A stretch of DNA of 64,000 nt from Octopus sinensis (Eukaryota): positions 91,698,001 to 91,762,000 of the forward strand of contig NC_042999.1 of the NCBI RefSeq assembly GCF_006345805.1, given 5' to 3'. Of this stretch, positions 37,447 to 49,823 are shown one piece after another; the first letter of the stretch is position 1; every line of letters starts with the position of its first letter. The notes under the pieces are model-generated. The model saw nothing but the letters and a program-made list of their open reading frames with translations. It was not told where the DNA came from and did no database searches. Both the position numbers and the translations under genes were made by a program.

Positions 37447-37584
37447 TGTTTTGTTTTTTGGACATATGATGTTTTGCCTGAAGTAATGTTTTGTCCCGAT
37501 AGTAATGCAAAAGTGAGCAGACATTTGTTTTTGAGAGGTCATTCAAATTGTACATCTTAGTAGAGTATTTCTACTTCTGTAGTA

Positions 37585-38110
37585 AGCCTTCCTCATTTAT
37601 CCATTAGAAGCGAACGCACCATCATTTCGTTCTTACCAGAGGAGAATCGCATGCTCAGTGACATCTAGAGAAGGCTGCATGTTGTTTAGAGAGACGACAC
37701 CATTGACAAGATCATTAGCCAAATACACATAGATCACCAGCAAATGGAAAAATTGATTCATGAGGACAGTCCGTTTGAGTTTACTGGACAAATAGACTGT
37801 GATCGTAATGGTTGAAGGTTTAGTATATAGGAAAATGTGTGCATCTTTGGTAAAAACAAATCTGTTAATGAGCAAATTGAGCCTGTCAGTAATGGTCCCC
37901 TATCCACCTGGATTGGCAGCCTCCGACTTCCACCTTTTTTTCTCCAATAAAAGACATGCTTCGAAGGCAATGATTGATGACACAGATGTGATGAAAATGA
38001 TTGTGAAGTAGAGGCAAAATATTGCACCCCTGAATTTTTTAAAAGGAATATTCCAGAGTTGGATTCGGAAATAGAGAAAAGGCATTACTTATGATGGACT
38101 CTATATTCAA
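37585..38110 (+). mobile_element. Decayed, internally deleted mariner transposase remnant
   Basis: N-terminal RTIISFL..SDI*RRLHVV*RDDTIDK and C-terminal PYPPGLAASDFHLF (degenerate YSPDLAPSDFHLF). Confidence 0.65.
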
Positions 38111-38432
38111 AAGCATCTTTATGTTGCGGAAGAGTTATTCTAATATCCTATGCAATTTGAATGACCTATGTATGTGAATAAAACAATTATGGTCATTTTT
38201 GCTATGCTTTCGGTAGAATCAACATATTGTAAAGCTGCTATTGGTAATATCTGGTCGACTGTGTTGAGAAAGATTTGCGAATAAGGACTTTTAAGCCTTT
38301 TTATATTTCTAGACATTCATCGTACGATCAATGTTTTCTTTACTTTCCTTTTTAAGATGTCTATGTAAACGTTCTCTCGAAAGTAGATGCTTTCTTGGTA
38401 ATATTATGTTGTATAGTGTAATGAATTATCTC

Positions 38433-38768
38433 ATCGTGGCACCCCGTTGGTTAGGATTACGAGGGTTCCAGTTGATACGATCAAAGGAACAGCCTGCTTG
38501 TGAAATTAACGTGCAAGTGACTGAGCACTCCACAGATACGTCTACCCTCGGGGAGATTCAGCGTGACACAGAGTGACAAGGCTAGCCCTTTGAAATACTG
38601 GTACAACAGAGGCAGGAAGAAAAAGAGAAAGTTGCGGTTTGCCACCACCTCCTGCCAGAGCCTCGTGGAGTTTTAGGTGTGTTCGCTCAATAAATACTCA
38701 CAACGCCAGGTCTGGGAATCGAAACCGCGAGTCCGCTGCCCTAACCACTCAGCCGTTGTACTTCCACG
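38433..38768 (-). mobile_element. tRNA-derived SINE, family C
   Basis: Minus strand starts GTGGAAGTACAACGGCTGAGTGGTTAGGGCAGCGGACTCGCGGTTTCGATTCCCAG (A and B boxes), followed by a ~280-bp body. Confidence 0.75.
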
Positions 38769-38963
38769 TAATGAATTATAATACAGAGACATGCAGTGTT
38801 TTTATTTCGTGAGGTGAAATTTTATCAAAATATATCAGAGAAGTGTATTGTTTGATACTGCTACAATATGTATCAGCATATTGTATAATTTAATGTTGCA
38901 CAATATAGCATTAAGGAATTGCACAACGGAAGTTGTGCAGTATAATGCACTGCACTGCAGTAG

Positions 38964-39173
38964 AGCGGCGAGCTGGCAGAATCGTTAACACGCCGGGCGA
39001 AATGCTTAGCGGTATTTCGTCTGCCGCTACGAGTTCAAATTCCGCCGACGTCGACTTTGCCTTTTATCCTTTCGATGTCGATAAATTAAGTACCAGTTGT
39101 GCACTGTGATCGATCTAATCGACTGGCACCCTCTCCCAAAATTTCTAGCCTTGTGCCTAAAGTAGAAAAGAGT
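38964..39173 (+). mobile_element. SINE family A, near complete
   Basis: GCGGCGAGCTGGCAGAATCGTTAAC..GAGTTCAAATTCC..GTCGACTTTGCCTTTTATCC..GCCTTGTGCCTAAAGTAGAAAAG. The core resembles what I recall as the Nin-domain SINE core (not verified). Confidence 0.88.
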
Positions 39174-39281
39174 ATAATGAAGTATAATTTACTTGAATTT
39201 AAAACTTAGAACAGTGTAATGAAGTAGAGACAGTGAGAAGGAGCGTATTGTCCAGAAGTGTAGTATATTTTAGAACAATGA

Positions 39282-39990
39282 AGTCATCATCATTGTTCGA
39301 CCGTGGTCGAGACAATGGAATTTACCATGCTACGCCAGACGTCACGGTCCATCATGGCATTACGGAGGTCCTGTTGCTGGATGCCTGTATCCCTGGAGAT
39401 TACATCAGGGTACGAGAGTGTGCGCCCTCTGGTATTGCGAGTAGATGGCTTCCAGAGGAGAAGAGTAGAAATTACTTCTTTTTCAGCTCTACAACAATGT
39501 CCAGCAAACTGGACTCTCCTACCTTTCACAAGAGATGACACAGGTGGTAGTTTCCCATATATTTGCATTTTCGTTGGATGGCGCTTCCACGAGAGATTTT
39601 GAGCTCTCATAAGGAGGCGAGTGTAGGTTCCATCCAACCGCCTCTCAAGCTTCTTTGATAACGTCCAGGTTTCTGAGCCATATAGTAGAATTGGTTCGAC
39701 TGTGGCTTTGAATATTTCAAGTTTGAAGTCTCTACTTAGATTTGATGACCAGATCTTATGCATGTCATTACAGGCTGACCAGGCCATCTTTTCCAGATGA
39801 TGATATGTATGACCCAAGATATTTATAATTAGAAACCATATTTAAGGGCGCGTTGTTGAGAGTATGGATGATGCAATCACTGTTGGACAGGCACTTGTTT
39901 ATGTATTCAGTTTTGGCCTCATTGAGGTAAAAACCTACACAATTTGAGGCTTGAACAATGAAATAGTATCTTATATCCTGGAATGAAGCG
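39282..39990 (-). mobile_element. RTE-clade LINE 3' fragment
   Basis: ORF 39290-39817 has AWSACNDMHKIW..KLEIFKATVEPILLYGSETW..RRVQFAGH..AMMDRDVWR. The upstream frame reads LNEAKTEYI..YKYLGSYISSS and is joined through a frameshifting deletion. Short (GAT)n tail. Confidence 0.9.
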
Positions 39991-40984
39991 TATTGAGGAG
40001 AAATGCAAGGAAGTCTAGTGCAAAGTAAAATATTGTAGATGACTTTAGTCAAGATTATCGGCCAATAACAAAACAGTAGGGTGTACTCCTCTTCCTCCTC
40101 CTCCTCCTGGTCGTGATGATGATGATGATGATTATCATCATCATCATCATCATCTACAAAAGTACTAAGTGGCAACTGGCTGTGTCAAATCGGACGATAT
40201 GTTCAGCATTGTATTTAAGAAGAGACATTGTTGAGGGGTTTTGCTACAGTCGCCGCGTATCCAATTTACCGAGAAAGCCTGGGTGGTCGATTCAGCTCTT
40301 TGGCAGAATATACTATTCCAAGGTGCTCCATTTGCTGGAACAAAACATTATTATGAAACGAACATTTTTAGCAAATCGACTATCTTGTATGTCTAATATA
40401 CGATAAAAGAACATTTACTGCCAATTTACTACGGAAATATCGAGAGAAATATTTTAAGTAGTGGCAACAGTGTACAAATATTCCAAAGGCGATTCAATCC
40501 CATTAGATTATACTTTTGTATTATTAAATGTACCAAAAAGTAACGCAAAAACCTCAGCAATGAGACTCGATCAGTTTGAAAGTAGCAGCAACAGAATCTA
40601 CATAAGTCACTGGCCACCACTGTAAATTAAGGACGGTTACATCAGAGAAAAAATTCAATGCCAGTAACATTGATAATAACTCTACTCAATGAAGACTGAG
40701 CTAGCTAAGACTGAGCAATTACAATAACGACAATAACACTTGAGAGTGTGTATGGTGTCCCGGTCTGTTTTCGCTCCCCATTCTAGATGAACAGGAGAAT
40801 TAATTGAAATCAACACATTACAGCAATATATGGGGTTCATTTTTAACTTTTGCACACAGTGACATTTTAATGAAGGAGTCTTTACAAGGATGCACGACCT
40901 GCTAAACACTGCAACAAAATCTCACTTAAAAAGCACTCTATTTTCTTGTAAACAAAGACCACGTTATAGATTATATTTCTAGAT

Positions 40985-41308
40985 CTGTGGTTCTCAACGG
41001 GTTCCATATAATATGGCCCCTGAAGGTCAATATAAGATTTTGGGGGTTCCACGTAACGATAATAAATTGGAAATTCACAATAGTAATTTAAGGCCCCTGT
41101 TATGTATCGCAAGAAACAACTAGGTTTCTTTCTCTGACATTTTACCTAGTTCAGTCGACACAAGTTAATGCGAGAAAAACAAAATAGGAATTTTGAAAGA
41201 GGTTTCTAGAAAACTAGTTTCTAAGCATCGAATGGCTATGGGGGTCCACCAGAATAAAATAGTAATCAAAGGGAGCCATAGACAAAATGAAATTGTTGAG
41301 AACCTCTA
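40985..41308. mobile_element. hAT (Charlie/MER5-type) MITE
   Basis: TIRs CTGTGGTTCTCAAC / GTTGAGAACCTCTA; 8-bp TSD TTCTAGAT (40977-40984) / TTCTAGAC (41309-41316), matching the NTCTAGAN Charlie target preference. Confidence 0.82.
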
Positions 41309-41689
41309 TTCTAGACAGTCAATGTTCAAGAAAAGTACAGATTGATCATGGTTTGAATACATTTATCCATGGTGTCTCTTCACTAAAAAACGACTCCGCA
41401 TGTTACATTTATTAAATAACATCATAACGTGGATATTTACTTCATATATTATAAAACTTTTTACAAACATTCTATAGTTTCAGTAAAATGGACTGTACCA
41501 GCCAAAGGAAGTATCCGGAATATTTTGAAGTACAGTGACTTGAGGATAAAATTTAATGTCAATATTTGCCTCTTCACATCCAAATAAACAACCGTAGACA
41601 TATTGATATGTTGATGCAAATGTGAAGAAAAAAATTCTATATAAGTAAAGGTGAGAATATATAGTGAAAGTATATACCAAAAATGAAAT

Positions 41690-42443
<754 letters not shown>

Positions 42444-43090
42444 TATTTAACAGCTGTGAGATTTAACTCCGGAGCAATATTTGGGTGAAGATACGAAACC
42501 AACTGACAACCATCTGTCTCCTGGTGAGAATCATGATTATGGCCCCCAACACACCTTAAAACACAATTCTCATGTCTAATATAAATGTATCAAATAACAG
42601 TGTTAATGAGGCTGGAATCAAAGGTGATAGTCTTTTGACCGGCAGGTGCCCTGTAGTTGAGCAATGCAGGCCCGGTCTTCATTCAGAGAACGCGTGTATA
42701 CAAACCCAGAGGCAGAGCAGAGGGTGGGATAAGGAGTCAAACCGAACAGCAATTGAATGCTGGATTAGGAGTGAACCCAATAGAAGAGGTTTCCGACAAC
42801 GAATGACAGTAAGATAGAATTAAATAAGACACTTCGAAATAAGTGAGCAACGGTAGCAAGAGCAATAAGAGCAAAATGGTAGCTAACAGACATGGAAATT
42901 GAAGAGATAAAAAGTAAAGTAGAAAATAGAAATAATATTTCACCAACAGATAACGTGCCCAGTGAGAACAGAGAAATGAATGGCAGCAGTGAAGACGTGT
43001 AAATGTAAATGCATTCTCAGCAAATGAATCAGAAGTAATAGGAAGAACTATATCATAAGAATACGATGATGACCAACAAGAAACAGTGCG
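42444..43090 (+). mobile_element. 5' fragment of an R4/Dong-clade LINE
   Basis: RGWDKESNRTAIECWIRSEPNRRGFRQRM..*..EISEQR..ARAIRAKW*LTDMEIEEIKSKVE, the same N-terminal signature as 22280-23158. Confidence 0.7.
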
Positions 43091-43134
43091 TATGTAGTAC
43101 CAATATATTAGATAAGACCAGGATTAGGTATCCC

Positions 43135-43250
43135 ACCAATCTGAGGTACATTGATCAATCCCAAAAGGATGTCGACTTCGGCGAAATTTGAGTCCAGAAC
43201 AAAAAGACGGGCGAAATACCGCTAAGCATTATATTCGGCTTGCTCACAAC
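43135..43250 (-). mobile_element. SINE family A, decayed
   Basis: Minus strand: AATGCTTAGCGGTATTTCGCCCG..TCAAATTTCGCCGAAGTCGAC. Confidence 0.7.
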
Positions 43251-43394
43251 ATTTTGAAATGTTGATTAAAGTATTCCTTAGGCCTGCATTGCACTGATGA
43301 GTTCAATTAGCGCTTCCAGCTCTGTTGACAGGATCTGCATATTGAATATACTGTGGACATCTAAAATTACATATGTAACTCTTTATATATAGAC

Positions 43395-43752
<358 letters not shown>

Positions 43753-43754
<2 letters not shown>

Positions 43755-43980
43755 CGGGAAGCTTTATGAAAATAGACAAAAGACGAAGGCAGGTTTACGG
43801 AAATAAACAAAAGACGAAGGCAAGTGGAATACAAACAAACAATTGTATTAGTATGGCGCTCAGGAAATATAAATAAAACAAGTCTTTAACGTTTCGATCC
43901 TACGCTCTTCAACAGAAAGATACATAGAGATAAAACACAGAAAGAAGGAGAGAAAAAAAATATGCGTGCAGAGGCTAGCG
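43753..43980 (-). mobile_element. Short Penelope-type terminal-repeat-like element, copy 1
   Basis: Homologous to 60396-60560 (AAAAGACGAAG.CAGGT, ACAAACA.TTG.ATTA, ACGCTCAGGAA / GCGCTCAGGAA); abuts (TA)n; contains a hammerhead-like fold. Confidence 0.65.
43883..43920 (-). ncRNA. Minimal hammerhead-like motif with a CUGUUGA core
   Basis: TCTTT CTGTTGA A GAGC GTAG GATC GAA ACGT T AAAGA: 5-bp stem I, palindromic stem III, GUU triplet. Confidence 0.55.
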
Positions 43981-44033
43981 AATCAACATATGCATATAAT
44001 GCATATATAAGTACACACTCACACAAATATATA

Positions 44034-45223
44034 TCAGGTCATCCCATAAGTTCTGTCCGATTTTACCTTTTTTAAAATTGAATGAAATTTAATAGTATTT
44101 TAAAATGTCTAATGGAATTAAAATTTATTTTTATGCATTTGTGGACATTTATACTGACTAAATATTATTTTGTATAATAATAGAATTGAAATTTCTTTGA
44201 TTAAAATTCTTTTCTAGCATGGAAGCATTCAAAGAGCATTGAAGGCACATAATGCTATATGAGTACAAAAAAAGGAAACTCTGCAGCCGAAGCGACTCGA
44301 AACATACACTCAGTTTATGGGAAAGAATGCTTGAATGAAAGAACTTGCAGAAGATGGTTTGCAAAATTCAGAAGTGGAGATTTTAACCTTGAAGATGAAG
44401 ATCGAACATGATGCCCAGTTGAGTTTGATGATAAGCTCCTTGAGGCATTACTTAAAGAAAATCCTATATTATCAGTTGAAGAATTGACAATAAAGCTTAG
44501 TTCAAACCATACGACTGTTCATCGTCATCTTCAACTTGGAAAGGTTCCTAAACTTGGAAAATGAGTGACTCATGAACTGTCCGAAAGCAACCGCAAATCC
44601 TAAGTTGACATCTGCTCTTCTCTCCATTCTCGCGAACTCATTTCACCTTTTCTGGATAGACTTGTGACGGGTGACGAAAAATGGATCATCTATCGAAATG
44701 TTAAACGTCGTAAACAGTGGCTTGGTAAAAGGGAAAAAGCTCAACCACAACCGAAAAGAGAACTTCATGGAAAAAAAGGTTCTTCTCTATATCTGGTGGG
44801 ATTGCAAAGGAGTAATTCACTTTAAATTGTTACCACCTAATGCAACAATCAATGCTCAAGTTTACTGTCAGCAATAAGTGATGTTTCATCAGAACAATGC
44901 GCGACCCCACACTGCAAAGATCACATCACAGAAGATCGAAGAGCCTGGCTAGTAAAAAATTCCTCATCCACCCGACCTTGCTCCTTCAGACTACCATTTG
45001 CTTCGTTGTTTTCAGAATCATTTGGGGACGTAACTGACATTTTAGAGTTCTTCGCTTTGAAACCAAGCGAGTTTTACATTGATGGGATTAGAAAGCTTGT
45101 AAATAGATGGAAGGAAGTCATAGATAATCAGGGAAAGTACATTGATGATTAAATTTCAATTAAATATAACATTTGATCAGGTACTTTCTTTATTCAAAAT
45201 TCGGTCAGAACTTACGGGATGAC

Positions 45224-45227
<4 letters not shown>
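44034..45227 (+). mobile_element. Mariner transposon, TIR to TIR, defective transposase
   Basis: TIRs TCAGGTCATCCC(A/G)TAAGTTCTG(T/A)CCGA with TA on both sides. Peptides: HIMLYEY, RTCRRWFAKFRSGDFNLEDE, VTGDEKW, HQNNARPH, PDLAPSDYHL. Carries stops and deletions. Confidence 0.93.
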
Positions 45228-45298
<71 letters not shown>

Positions 45299-45485
45299 TG
45301 TATGTATGTATGCATGTATGCATGTATGTATGAACGTATATGTAGCACTTACGCAGCGTATCAATTGGTTTAGGTCATACATCATATTCTTTATATATAT
45401 ATGTATATATATATATATGTTTGTGTGTGTGTATGTGCACGTGTGTGTGCTTGCATACAGAGGGACACAGAATATATATAGAGAG

Positions 45486-45536
<51 letters not shown>

Positions 45537-45540
45537 GTGA
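45228..45540. repeat. (TA)/(TATG)/(GA) microsatellite block
   Basis: Direct reading. Confidence 0.93.
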
Positions 45541-46976
45541 GAGAAGGGATGAATTTCTTCGAAGCTGATGATTCAAACAGTCGCCACTCAGAATTATTCA
45601 CATGATATGATCAGGTGGACAATATATAAGGTCACAAATTTGTTGTCTCAACACCTGAACTTGTATAAAAAAAAAGAACGAGAAAAAGGAATGCATATTC
45701 AACCACTTATGAAGATGGATACAATTGCAGATATATTTTTGTTAATGCGCACACTTAGAGTTATATCTGAAAACCCGACTATATTAATTAACTGAAGATA
45801 CAGTGTAATGCTAATTTAACAGAATGATAAAGTAAGAATTAAAGGCATATGAAAATGAAGTTGCTTAAAATTTTATTCTTTCGGCAAAAATCCAGTTTCT
45901 TACAGCAAATAAGAGTCTGAGTAGAGGCTAATTATGATTCTTAACGTTGAAATGTTGGCAACATCTGCTTAGTTTCCACGGTGAGGCTAATTTATTATGT
46001 TTATGAACTTGTTTTATGTTACATTTGAAATTATTAAAGAAACGCAGTAAAGTGCACTATTAACTAATCAATAACAGAATTAATCAAGGATGTTTTCTTT
46101 ATTGCTTTGATATGCAGCTTTACAGATGCAGTTAACATTCCGCTGAAACCATTTTAAGTCGACCGCTCAAACATTATGAAGGGAATGATTTTCAGGGAAA
46201 CGTTCTGGGAAAGGCTAAATGATTAAGCCTAGTGATTATTATGAGGCAAGATGTGTGAAGATTTTACGGTCGACGATCAAATAGATGTGCATGAGTGGAG
46301 GGGAACGAGACCAATTATATCACCGGAGAAGTTATGAAGTAACAGATGAATCTATTGCTGGTTTATGGTTACTTTTCTTATCAAAAAAATATACCTATAA
46401 ACTTCCTAATATTTCTTAATTATTCTCTGTTTAACTATTACTTGAAATGTAAGACTATCGTATACCCAACTGCACTTTAATTATACCTTCGTATTATTTC
46501 ATAATTTTATTATGATATTTTCATGTTTGTATTGGTAGCATATGGATATGGTTTAAACCTATACACTTCTTAGCAAGTATATATAAGCATGTGTGAGCGC
46601 GCATTTAAGCATATATTCAGTTTTTACTCATACACCGGTTAAATATGTAAGTAACATTTCTTATGAATCATCTTAAATGTAGACACGTTCAGGTTTGTTC
46701 TGGCGCCTAAATCGAAATTCTAGTCAGTCTGATTGGTCGGTAGTTTTGGTCTGAAAATAAAACTATTGTGTAATACTACTCATTAAATGCGCATCAACAT
46801 ACCACTTGGCCGTAAATTCCAACATATAAACTGAATATGGACATTTGGACACATTCTCCCTCCTCTAGGATAAGCCGATACCACTTTTGTTGCTTTTGGA
46901 ATCACATTGTTTAATTGGTTGACAATTAGATATCTTTACCCTCTGTTGAAAAATCATAATTCATTCTGTCTGGTTA

Positions 46977-47325
46977 CACGAGGTTTGATCAATAAGTATC
47001 CGGATTGTTGCCATAGTAACGAGGCTGAAATACGCAGAGTAAAGTCTCTTGATAAAGATTTACTTTGAACTTTGCTGTGCATACGCACTAAATTTTAACG
47101 TTCTACTTCACTTCCGCTGTTTACAGCAGAGATTCGAAGGAAAGTGTGTAGCGTGTAATCGTCACATTGACCATGACAGAGAAAGTTGTTATGGCGATAC
47201 TTGCTCGGAGCCCTAAGTGAAGTTGCAGAAAGTGCATGGAGAGGAGTTTATGAGTCGCAGACAAGTGTACGAGTGTTTCGGACGTTTCCAAGATGGCTGA
47301 ATAATGTCGATATTAACGAATGTTC
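46977..47325 (+). mobile_element. Mariner 5' fragment
   Basis: TA + CACGAGGTTTGATCAATAAGTATCCGGA TIR-like end; LQKVHGEEFMSRRQVYECFGRFQDG (N-terminal HTH region). Confidence 0.7.
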
Positions 47326-47362
47326 TGAAAGATATATGTATATATATATATATATATATATA

Positions 47363-47526
47363 CACGACGCGCCTCTTACACTTTTCGTCTACCTAATCCA
47401 CTCGCAAGATTTTGGTCGGCCCGGGACTATGGTAGAAGACACTTGCACAAGGTAGGTGCCACGTAGTGGGACTGAACCAGGAACCACGGGGATAGGAAGC
47501 AAGCTTCTTACCACACAGCCACTCCA
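47363..47526 (-). mobile_element. SINE family B
   Basis: Minus strand: GGAGTGGCTGTGTGGTAAGAAGCTTGCTTCC..GGTTCAGTCCCACTACGTGGCACCTACCTTGTGCAAGTGTCTTCTAC. Confidence 0.85.
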
Positions 47527-47538
47527 TGTACACACACA

Positions 47539-47611
<73 letters not shown>

Positions 47612-47730
47612 AGAGAGAGAGAAAAAAAGAAAGAATGAGAGATGGAAGTGAAAGAGAGAAAGACGGGAAAAGAAAGGGCGAAGCAGAAAAAATAACATCT
47701 ACAGACACAAGCATGCATGTGTATATACGA

Positions 47731-47774
<44 letters not shown>

Positions 47775-48819
47775 TATATATCACTATACGACAGCAGTCG
47801 TATTACTCTTTAATAACCTTTACTTGACCTCCTCAGATATCATATCTCATTTGAACCACAGAGCTGCAGGCCACTTATATTTCTGTAGAAAAAGTAATGA
47901 TAACAAAATAACATAAAGCATAATCGAATATTATAAATATAACTTCCTGTCATTGTCAACCATTTTTGAAAAGTCCACTCATGACGTGGAGTATTATGTG
48001 ACATAGATGTTCTTTAAACCTTGCCATTTTATACCAACCAGGCGAAGCACAGTTTCTCTCGGATACCATCTGCCAGTTCTCATAGACTTACAACAATCTA
48101 ACCAGCCCCACCCGGTCTACTCCTCGGTCTGCTTTTTTCTACATTAATGTTTTATTCTCTCTGTTCTACTCACCATTGATATTATAATCGTTCATATTGT
48201 TAAAATTGCTTTTACTTTTATTAATAATATTGACGTTGATCCAATTGTTGTTAGTGTTATTGAGTTTGTCTTCTTTTGTGATATTGTCGTTTTGTTTGTC
48301 ATTTGATTTTTCATTGTTTTTTCTTTTTCTTTTTGAGTAACATTGACTTTCTTTCGAGAGAAAGAGAGTCAACAAAATATTCATTCCTAGCCTGACTTTC
48401 CCTTCTATACGTCTCCTTACAAAAGAGAACATCAGACGATCATGCACAGCCGTGTTTCGGTATTCGACGGTTGCTGGGCAGCACATCTTGAAATAGTGAA
48501 ATAGATAAAAATAAAGAAACAACTAAATAAATAACTAAATAAATAAATATAAAGCCATCTTCAAGCGAAAATATAAAATATGAAGAGGAACAAAATTACT
48601 AAATTTATTGTCGTACTGCATTTCGATTTTCCTATATCTAATGGGACACACACACACACACACACACACGAATACACACATATATATACGCACATATGAA
48701 TGTGTGAGTGTGTATACACGCAAGCACACAGTATATAAGTATATATGTGCGTGATTTTTTATGAGACGACCTATCTATGTATCTATCTATCTACCCATCT
48801 CTATCTCACTCTTTTTTCG

Positions 48820-48867
<48 letters not shown>

Positions 48868-48924
48868 ACATATATATACATTAACGTAATTTATGTAATT
48901 TGGGTTAAAAACTTACGTGTGTAT

Positions 48925-49150
48925 GTGTGTGTGCCTTTTTGTCTGTTTACTTCCCAACACTGCTTGCCAACCAGTGTTAGTTTGTTTACGTCCCCGTAAC
49001 TTAGCTGTTCGGTAAAATGAGGCGAGAGAATAAGTAGGAGACGTAAACAAAAAAATATGTACTGGTGTTGATTCATTCGACTAAAAAATTCCTCAAGACT
49101 GTACTCCAGCATGGCACTGTCTAATGATTGAAACAAGAAAAAAGATAAAA
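48925..49150 (+). mobile_element. SINE family B, 3' half
   Basis: TTTACGTCCCCGTAACTTAGCTGTTCGG..ATAAGTA..TTCGACTAAAA..CTCCAGCATGGC..GATTGAAACAAG, related to 27660-27770. Confidence 0.7.
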
Positions 49151-49566
49151 AAGATAAAAAATAGTGTGGTTTCCAAGACCCTTTTGCGAAGTTTCGGCTA
49201 CAGAATGCTATCATATAGTGATCCTTTTTCAGTCACTGGATATACGCGTAGAAAACTGTAAGTATCCTTAGTATTTATATAAAGATATTAATAAGAGAAG
49301 ATGATGTAATGATGCTTTATTACCTATCACTACAATTGAAGTGATATGAAATGAAGCATATTCAATCCATCTTCTCTTGTTAATATACATACATACATAC
49401 ATACATACATACATACATACATAAATACATATACATACATGCATAAATATATATATACGCACGCATATATACATACATAAGTATAGATATATGTGCTCCA
49501 ATATGGCCACAGCTTTATGGTTGAAACATATAAAAGAATATAAAAGAATAAAAGAAAATATATACT

Positions 49567-49602
<36 letters not shown>

Positions 49603-49706
49603 ATATGTATAAATATATTTAATGTCTGCTGAAGCAGTTATCGTTGGGTTCGCACCTGCAATGTAATAAAGGCAACTCCCCAGACCTGCTGGTCGGACGC
49701 ATATGA

Positions 49707-49760
<54 letters not shown>

Positions 49761-49767
49761 CTCTCTC

Positions 49768-49823
<56 letters not shown>

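Noticed and set aside
40150-40410. Open frames (e.g. EKAWVVDSALWQNILFQGAPFAG) as a coding remnant
   Set aside because: Not recognisable as any family; a profile search would be needed.
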